From a virus (lineage: Duplodnaviria; Caudoviricetes), in the IMG/VR virus record IMGVR_UViG_3300034374_009547: a DNA stretch of 64,000 bases; one strand, 5' to 3'. The notes beneath the pieces are model-generated. The model made no database searches and was not told the DNA's origin. It was given only the letters and a program-made list of their open reading frames with translations. Shown here in pieces: positions 37,795 through 44,211 of the stretch; position 1 is the stretch's first letter, and every line of letters begins with the position of its first letter. Position numbers and translations under genes: made by a program.

Positions 37795-38725
37795 AACTTA
37801 CATATGCATCCAAATCTGGTTTTGTGTCGTGATCACTTCTTGGAATTGGAACCATTTTTTGATAATACGGACAGAAATATTCTTCTGCTGGATCTTTGTA
37901 ACCTATACCGATTGTCATTTCTGGAAAAAAGCCAATTGCTTCCTTTATTAGATCAGGATAATTTACACACCGACATAATCCAGTATATAAACCTTTATCT
38001 GCTGCACTATAAATTATAGTAGCAGTTGCAATTCCTACATCCATATAAAAATCCGTCATGCTATAATCATCACTAATTACTCTAGGTTTAAAGAATAATA
38101 AGTATGGAGCAAGCATTTGAGGGTTGTGTCTAGCCGTTTCACTTTTACTTGCAGCGCCGGCTCTATAAATTTTGTTACGTTTTTCTTCATTGTCGTTTCT
38201 GTATATCTCAATACTATAACGTGTGACACGCTGCTTGCTAGGTGAAAAATTATGCACATCACTAATAATATCTTTTATCATATCAATTGGCGGAACTGCG
38301 TCTGTCCAATTATAAGTGTTAACTCTTTGTTGTGCTGCACGATGCCATGTATTAGGCTGTTCAATCGGTCCTCTTTCAATAATAGTTTTTAAAGTATTTT
38401 TCAAATCACTAATTTGATTAGAAAAATCTTCTGAGCACATTAGTTGATTTTGTATAAAATCTACTATCCAATCGTATACTGCAAATTCAACTTCGGTACT
38501 AACAATTTGTCTTTTGCCTCTTACCCAAAATTTGTTACCAATGTATATTGTATTAGTATTAGTGTTGTTTTCAACATCATGAATAAATGCATCAATAATG
38601 TATCCTAAATCTCTAAAACATTTTTCTGGTTCTTGCGTTCGCTCAGGATGATGTTGTTTCATATAAGATACAGCATTGTTTAATAAACGCTTTTTATTTT
38701 CTATTAGGATACTTAGATCACTCAT
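37787..38725 (-). CDS. Nitroreductase-family protein with an N-terminal phycobiliprotein-like helical module
   Basis: C-terminal half has PSKQ and DVGIATATIIYSAADKGLYTGLC. N-terminal ~120 aa contain KCFRDLGYII. Confidence 0.65.
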   Translation of the reverse strand: MSDLSILIENKKRLLNNAVSYMKQHHPERTQEPEKCFRDLGYIIDAFIHDVENNTNTNTIYIGNKFWVRGKRQIVSTEVEFAVYDWIVDFIQNQLMCSEDFSNQISDLKNTLKTIIERGPIEQPNTWHRAAQQRVNTYNWTDAVPPIDMIKDIISDVHNFSPSKQRVTRYSIEIYRNDNEEKRNKIYRAGAASKSETARHNPQMLAPYLLFFKPRVISDDYSMTDFYMDVGIATATIIYSAADKGLYTGLCRCVNYPDLIKEAIGFFPEMTIGIGYKDPAEEYFCPYYQKMVPIPRSDHDTKPDLDAYVSYV

Positions 38726-38726
38726 T

Positions 38727-38951
38727 TTAATTCTCCATTACCAATTTAACATCTTTACCAGGGCCTACTTTGCTTGGCAAATCTCCGTATTGTTCTACAT
38801 ACCATTCAATAACAGCTTTATACCAATTTTGACTATTATGGTGAGCTTTTTTATTAAACTGCCATATGTTATTGTTTGTTGCTTGCATTGTACTCAATGC
38901 TCTTGCACTTTCCGTTTGTAATTGTCTTACACTTAGATCATCTAATTCCAA
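38727..38951 (-). CDS. Small hypothetical protein (74 aa)
   Basis: Fills the gap between 38938 and 38725 exactly, overlapping the upstream stop; ATG start. Confidence 0.75.
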   Translation of the reverse strand: MELDDLSVRQLQTESARALSTMQATNNNIWQFNKKAHHNSQNWYKAVIEWYVEQYGDLPSKVGPGKDVKLVMEN

Positions 38952-39984
38952 TTTTCATAAACCTTGTATATTTTCCTAAATTTAATTCGCCTTCATATAA
39001 AGTTTGTGCCATAGGCGAATACTTGCTAAACTCTTCTAGTGTGTTGCAGCAATTAACATGCTCTGGTATTTCAAAATAATTATTACCTTGCAAAATACAA
39101 ATTGTTCCTTCTGGAATTTTATGATACCATACATGATAATTTTCAATGTGCTCGGTGCTTGTGTTTATAACGGTGTTAGGTGTTTCCCAGATTGTTTCTT
39201 GGGTTCCGTCAAATTTATTTACATCGTAAATATGTCCATCAAATCTAATATCATGTATATCTTGTATGCAATGTTTATATGTCCAATTGTTTAAAATATA
39301 AGGCTTGTTAATAATGTTTGCAATTTTTTCGCAAGACTCATCTACATCAAATGTTGTAATTTTATCAATTTTTAATTTTGCATCTAACATCATAGTTGCT
39401 AAAATACCATACCAGCCTGCACATAAAAAAACTATTCCTAAATCTAAATTTAATTTTTTAAGTTCATCTATAAGCCAGAGTTTACTTTGTAATTGACCTC
39501 TACTTAAACAATCTTTATCAAACTCTATATCGTTTGTAATTAAATTTTTTAGTGCATTTACAAGAGTTGAATCTGAATATTCTGCAAGTAATCTAAACAA
39601 ACTAAAAAGATTATCGTCTAAAACAAGTTTACGTATATCATCATTACCAGCACATTTAAAAATTGAATTTTCATCTTTTTCTATAATAGCAAGTTTTAAA
39701 CTATCGTTTCCTGCTAGTAATCTAAACAAACTATGAATATTTTGCTCAAGAATTGCTTTCCTTAAATCTTCAATATCGCCAATAATTCTTTTGTTAGTTA
39801 CAAGCCTAAATATACTATGCCAATTTTCTTCTAAAATAGCACGCCGTAACTCATCCTTTTCAACTAACTCAAATAAACTAGTGTAATCTTTATCTATGTA
39901 TAATCTACGTAATTTACTAAAGCGAGAATCGTCAGCATGAATTAATTCAAATCTATCTAATATTTCAAAAATTTCCAGCATCAA
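38938..39984 (-). CDS. Methyltransferase-like protein with N-terminal helical repeats
   Basis: FLCAGWYG (Gly-rich motif I-like), TFDVD, INTSTEH; five ~21-aa repeats at the N-terminus. Confidence 0.6.
   Translation of the reverse strand: MMLEIFEILDRFELIHADDSRFSKLRRLYIDKDYTSLFELVEKDELRRAILEENWHSIFRLVTNKRIIGDIEDLRKAILEQNIHSLFRLLAGNDSLKLAIIEKDENSIFKCAGNDDIRKLVLDDNLFSLFRLLAEYSDSTLVNALKNLITNDIEFDKDCLSRGQLQSKLWLIDELKKLNLDLGIVFLCAGWYGILATMMLDAKLKIDKITTFDVDESCEKIANIINKPYILNNWTYKHCIQDIHDIRFDGHIYDVNKFDGTQETIWETPNTVINTSTEHIENYHVWYHKIPEGTICILQGNNYFEIPEHVNCCNTLEEFSKYSPMAQTLYEGELNLGKYTRFMKIGIR
39586..39918 (-). repeat. Five degenerate ~21-aa helical repeats, roughly (D/E)-L-R-x-A-I-L-E-x-N-x-x-S-(L/I)-F-R-L
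   Basis: KLRRLYIDKDYTSLFEL / ELRRAILEENWHSIFRL / DLRKAILEQNIHSLFRL / SLKLAIIEKDENSIFKC / DIRKLVLDDNLFSLFRL. Confidence 0.85.
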
Positions 39985-41023
39985 ATTTTTCTTTCAACCA
40001 ATCAAAATCATTTATCTTTTTAAGCTCGTCTGGTTTACCTTGATTTCTAGCACCATATGCTGCACCTGCTTTAGCACCAATAATTGCATACTCTGCAAAT
40101 TCTGCATCATCTTCTGTGTATGTGCACCAAGTTCTTAATCTACGATTTGTTTCTTGATCCTTTTGCCTATCAATTACTTTACTACTTAATTTAGCACATT
40201 CTCTAAATGCACCTTTCCATGTTTCAAATGGACTAGTGTTAAATGCAGTAATGTTTGAAATTTTTTGCACAGCAACAAATTTATTACTAATGCTTGTTGT
40301 CATATCAGGCTTGTTTACATCCATATCAAGCGTTTGTTGCCTTGGCAACAACTTAACACCGCCGTAACCATAAACTAATCCATTTACTGGATTTTGTGAT
40401 CTCCATACGTGAACTGCATCTTTATTATGTGTTTCAGGAACAAAGGTGTCAAATTTAAAATAGTCTGTAAGTTGGGCATCGCCGTCGACAACAAAAAACA
40501 TCTTAGATTGACACAATTTTGCTGCTTCAATATGCGCTTGGTGAATACCTTTTACTCCATGTACACGTTTTGCATGAGGTGCTTTTTCGAGAAGTTTTTC
40601 AAAATTTTCATCTGCATTAGGTTCTTTATAGCTAATAAACACAACATCATACTGATCAATTTTTGGCCTGCTTGCAACAACAGGAACAAACTTTTTATTA
40701 ATGTAATATCTTGCTTGTAATTCGCCTGGCCCGTGATGACTATCTTTCGGCATTAAACACACGCCATCATAATATTCTTCTTTATAATATAATCTTTCAT
40801 TCAAAAATACATGTGTGTATTCTTTACTATACTCATCTACTTTGTAATCAAATTTCCAATCATCAACCAAATCAACGTCATTATACACAATCCATAAATG
40901 TTTTGTAAGTGCTTTTTGTTTTGCTTCTGGCACCGTTTCTACACAGCGAGCCATAGGAAATCTTTCTTTTAAGGCTTTGTAGCCACTCCAATGTTTTTGA
41001 CCTATAAAAAATATATCATACAT
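39965..41023 (-). CDS. GT-A-fold glycosyltransferase-like protein with a degenerate N-terminal duplicate domain
   Basis: YDVVFISY.EPN, RVHGVKG, FFVVDGD (DxD), YGYGGVKL, WKGAFRE. The N-terminal part repeats YDIFF..LWIVYND. True start is ATG 41023, not 41179. Confidence 0.65.
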   Translation of the reverse strand: MYDIFFIGQKHWSGYKALKERFPMARCVETVPEAKQKALTKHLWIVYNDVDLVDDWKFDYKVDEYSKEYTHVFLNERLYYKEEYYDGVCLMPKDSHHGPGELQARYYINKKFVPVVASRPKIDQYDVVFISYKEPNADENFEKLLEKAPHAKRVHGVKGIHQAHIEAAKLCQSKMFFVVDGDAQLTDYFKFDTFVPETHNKDAVHVWRSQNPVNGLVYGYGGVKLLPRQQTLDMDVNKPDMTTSISNKFVAVQKISNITAFNTSPFETWKGAFRECAKLSSKVIDRQKDQETNRRLRTWCTYTEDDAEFAEYAIIGAKAGAAYGARNQGKPDELKKINDFDWLKEKFDAGNF

Positions 41024-41029
41024 ACTATA

Positions 41030-41058
41030 ATTATATGATAATATAACTAGCTTGTCAA
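41030..41058 (-). promoter_or_regulatory. Consensus sigma70 promoter TTGACA-N17-TATAAT, -10 box 6 nt before ATG 41023 (leaderless)
   Basis: Forward TGTCAA at 41053-41058 and ATTATA at 41030-41035. Heads the ~22.7-kb minus-strand run ending at 18302. Confidence 0.9.
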
Positions 41059-41068
41059 GTTTAGAATT

Positions 41069-41090
41069 GATAAATAGTTTGTACGGAGGA
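41069..41090 (+). promoter_or_regulatory. T4-late-like GATAAATA box plus GGAGG Shine-Dalgarno for the fibre gene
   Basis: GATAAATA at 41069-41076; GGAGG at 41085-41089; ATG at 41096. Confidence 0.65.
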
Positions 41091-41095
41091 TTACC

Positions 41096-42523
41096 ATGAC
41101 AATTATACCAGGTGACGCATATAGAATTGATGTTGTAGGCGCTGATGAACAAGTTATCGTTGACAGCTGGACAAGCCAAGTTAAAGGCAATGTTGTAACA
41201 CGTGACGGTGTTTTACAAGTTGACACAACAAACGGAAAAATATATGGTCCATTAGTAGGAGATATTGAAGATATTTCCGGTAACACTATCTTTAATAACG
41301 ATCTACGTTTATTTACTACTGATATTAAAGGTGATGTACGTAACACAAATGGTAATATTGTTTTAAACAGCGAACAAGCACTACTGGTAGGCAACATGCA
41401 AGGTAATATGTATGACAGCGAAGGTGTTGTCATGATTAACCATACTACAAAATCAATAGATGCAACAACAATTGTAGCTGATAGTATTACTGGTACGTTT
41501 TACGGAACTCTTAACACAACAGGTACAATTAGAGGTAACTTAATTGGTAATGTTGTTGGCGATGTTACTGGAGAAGTTACTGGAAATACAACCGGACATC
41601 ACTTTGGTAATGTAGACGGTAATGTTACGGGTGATGTTACTGGTAACGTTACCGGAGATTTGTACGGACAAATTATGGCTGTACAAAGAGATGAAACAGA
41701 TCCAACCGTACTGATTGCTTACAACGAACATGCAGCTCATAGACAATGGGAAATGAGAGGCGGTATTTCTCATATTGATAATGCTGGAAAGGGACCTATT
41801 TTAGGAATTGGTGCTACACGCACAGATGCATATTTAAAAGCCGATATAGTTGCATATGATGGCACTCCACAGCTAACTTTAACACCAACAGAAGACTACG
41901 GTCTAGAAGCAGACATTGTAAAAAGTAATTACTTTGGTGCTGTACAAGGCAGGCTAATGGATGGAACAACTGACATTATGACATGGGTTGGTAGCACAAC
42001 TTCGATATATGCTAATAACGGTGTACTACAACTTGGTATGGATTACACAAGTGATATTGAGTTTAATGCAGAAAGTATTGTTAAAAACTTCAATATATCT
42101 GACGGAGATGCAACTGAATTAGTCAACGCTTTTAGAGGAACACCAGAAGCAAAAACAGCATTACAAACATCAGATCCAATGCTTATGGTTGCAGCTCTTG
42201 GTTATAATGGTGCAGGATTTGTTGATGCAGGACATTTTGGATTCTTTGTTGACAGAAACACTGCTCCTACTTCAACTGATAGTAGTGTAAAAACAGGGTT
42301 TAGTGTTGCACTAGGAACAGGATCTGCAACTCCTATAGCAAATCAAAGCATGAATTTAGAATTTAATAGTGCAGGTGTTTTAGAAGTTCCTGTTTTTAAA
42401 GCCCGTGGTACAAATTTTGCAGCAAGAGATAGTATGACTGCTGAAGCAGGAATGATTATTTTCAATACAAGTAATAATAAATTCCAAGGATACACAGGTT
42501 CTGCGTGGGTTGACTTACACTAA
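41096..42523 (+). CDS. Tail-fibre-like virion protein with G-x-V-T repeats
   Basis: Tetrapeptide-periodic Gly segment; C-terminus AGMIIFNTSNNKFQGYTGSAWVDLH, homologous to the 2..1348 product. Confidence 0.75.
   Translation: MTIIPGDAYRIDVVGADEQVIVDSWTSQVKGNVVTRDGVLQVDTTNGKIYGPLVGDIEDISGNTIFNNDLRLFTTDIKGDVRNTNGNIVLNSEQALLVGNMQGNMYDSEGVVMINHTTKSIDATTIVADSITGTFYGTLNTTGTIRGNLIGNVVGDVTGEVTGNTTGHHFGNVDGNVTGDVTGNVTGDLYGQIMAVQRDETDPTVLIAYNEHAAHRQWEMRGGISHIDNAGKGPILGIGATRTDAYLKADIVAYDGTPQLTLTPTEDYGLEADIVKSNYFGAVQGRLMDGTTDIMTWVGSTTSIYANNGVLQLGMDYTSDIEFNAESIVKNFNISDGDATELVNAFRGTPEAKTALQTSDPMLMVAALGYNGAGFVDAGHFGFFVDRNTAPTSTDSSVKTGFSVALGTGSATPIANQSMNLEFNSAGVLEVPVFKARGTNFAARDSMTAEAGMIIFNTSNNKFQGYTGSAWVDLH
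41492..41673 (+). repeat. ~15 tandem G-x-(V/L/I/T)-x tetrapeptide units (12-nt period)
   Basis: GTFYGTLNTTGTIRGNLIGNVVGDVTGEVTGNTTGHHFGNVDGNVTGDVTGNVTGDLYGQI. A shorter copy (GNLTGDVTGNVSG) lies near 55470-55510 on the minus strand. Confidence 0.9.
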
Positions 42524-42537
42524 AATTGTGTTATAAT
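42510..42537 (+). promoter_or_regulatory. sigma70 promoter TTGACT-N16-TATAAT with extended -10 (TGn), 5 nt before ATG 42543 (leaderless)
   Basis: TTGACT at 42510-42515 inside the V-D-L codons of the fibre gene; TG at 42529-42530; TATAAT at 42532-42537. Confidence 0.75.
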
Positions 42538-42542
42538 AAAGC

Positions 42543-43604
42543 ATGAAAATTTACATAGATGGTGAACAAATCTCTGAACAATGGATTAGCGATTATACAC
42601 TGAGCAATCCTGTAGATTGTTTTAGTGATAAGCCTGACTGGGAACAGAATGTATTAAAACTACTACACAACTGGTACTGGCAAAGTGGATATAGTTATGG
42701 CTATAGAGGCGATAAATTTTTAAATCTAAGTACAAGTGGCACTACAGGATTTCCACAACATATCGGTCATAGTAAAGAAACTATTGAGCAAGCAGTAAAT
42801 GCAAATATAAAAATTTTAAATTTAGAAAAAAATAGTAAAATACTTAGTTACTATTCACCTCGTGGTATTGCATTCAGTGTATTAAGTGTATATCTCGCTC
42901 TTAAATTAAATTGTGAACTTTACATTGAAACTTTTAAAGGAATTGATTATGTAAATCGTATACATGATATCCGTCCTACACATACGCTGTTGTTACCTAA
43001 TGTTTGGAAAACTTTATACAAACACAAAAAATGGCAGACATTAGATTACAGCAGTGTAAACACACTTATTACAGGAAGTGATTTTACACCAATAGGAATG
43101 CTAGACGAATTACGTGAACATGGCCCAAATAAAGTTTACAATGTGTATGGTAGCACAGAAGTACCTCCTATTGTTTTATACAGCGAAGAAGAAAATACTT
43201 ATACAGCAGAAAGTATTGCACCAGGTGCAGAACTAGATATTGTAAATAATCAAATATGCTGTAAATGGAGTAGTCAACCTAATATATGGGTAAGTGGTGA
43301 TTGTGTACAAGGTGATAGAAATCGTTTTACACTTAACGGACGAATGCCAAATATGTTTAAGCAAGATACAATTAGAGTGTATCCAGAACAAATAGAAAAA
43401 GCAGCAGTAGCAGCAGGCGCAGAACTTGCATTATGTCGGCAAGTAGGAAATCAATGCGTGGTCCATTACACCGGACATATAAAATATATGGCGGAATTTG
43501 TAGAAGAATTTAGATATATTCCTCGCTTTAGATTGCGAGCAGTAAATGAAATAAAAATTGACGATAACTTGAAAAAGATTATAAGGACACAAACTTTTGT
43601 ATAG
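42543..43604 (+). CDS. Short ANL-family adenylating enzyme (acyl-CoA-ligase-like)
   Basis: STSGTTGFP (A3 P-loop), NVYGSTE (A5), SGD (A7), NGR (A8), VYPEQIE. At 353 aa it is well short of typical ANL enzymes. Confidence 0.75.
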   Translation: MKIYIDGEQISEQWISDYTLSNPVDCFSDKPDWEQNVLKLLHNWYWQSGYSYGYRGDKFLNLSTSGTTGFPQHIGHSKETIEQAVNANIKILNLEKNSKILSYYSPRGIAFSVLSVYLALKLNCELYIETFKGIDYVNRIHDIRPTHTLLLPNVWKTLYKHKKWQTLDYSSVNTLITGSDFTPIGMLDELREHGPNKVYNVYGSTEVPPIVLYSEEENTYTAESIAPGAELDIVNNQICCKWSSQPNIWVSGDCVQGDRNRFTLNGRMPNMFKQDTIRVYPEQIEKAAVAAGAELALCRQVGNQCVVHYTGHIKYMAEFVEEFRYIPRFRLRAVNEIKIDDNLKKIIRTQTFV

Positions 43605-44211
43605 ACTAGAAATATACAACGGCACACAGGATTTGACAGAGTTTTATGCTGGCGCAGAAGCAAAAGGTTTTTACAATAATCATAATAAAACGGTACTTAT
43701 TGACTACATTGACAAACACGAAGATGCTACACTATTTTTAATGTATTACAAAGATAAAGTAGTTGGAACAAGTATAAGTCATAGTCTACGACAATTGGGT
43801 ATATTAGGAAAAAACGCACATCGTATTAGTGCAAGGACCTGCGTATTAAATGATTTAATCGATGGCAATCGTGCTCATGCTGTGCATAACTATCGACACT
43901 CGCCAATGAATCATTGGACTAGTCAAATGCTGACTCCAGTTTGTATGCATTACGTAGGATTAGAAAAACCTATGTATATTAGCACAAACACAAACGAAGT
44001 TGGAAGCCAAAACAAAGTACATCGCATTTGGGCTAAAATAATGCACAATCAAGGATATTTAAAAGACCCTATTGAACTAGAATACAAAGGCACTTTCCAA
44101 ACATTTTGGCGTGTAGATGTAGATTTTTATATTAAAAAACTAAAAGAAAATATGTGGCCTGAAACAGAACTTGCACTAAACGTATTTCTTGCAGAGTTCA
44201 AAAAAGTCTGA
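43597..44211 (+). CDS. Hypothetical protein, possibly GNAT-like acyltransferase
   Basis: Coupled to the adenylating enzyme; FLMYYKDKVVG..RISARTC beta-strand pattern. Fold call is weak. Confidence 0.4.
   Translation: MYRLEIYNGTQDLTEFYAGAEAKGFYNNHNKTVLIDYIDKHEDATLFLMYYKDKVVGTSISHSLRQLGILGKNAHRISARTCVLNDLIDGNRAHAVHNYRHSPMNHWTSQMLTPVCMHYVGLEKPMYISTNTNEVGSQNKVHRIWAKIMHNQGYLKDPIELEYKGTFQTFWRVDVDFYIKKLKENMWPETELALNVFLAEFKKV

Noticed and set aside
41024-41179. Listed N-terminal extension of the 39965 ORF to 41179
   Set aside because: It overlaps the 41096 gene head-to-head and runs through two promoters. ATG 41023 aligns with the YDI start of paralogue 45549.
41492-41673. CRISPR array or DGR variable/template repeat
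   Set aside because: The periodicity is 12-nt, codon-degenerate and in frame. No spacer structure, cas gene or reverse transcriptase is visible.
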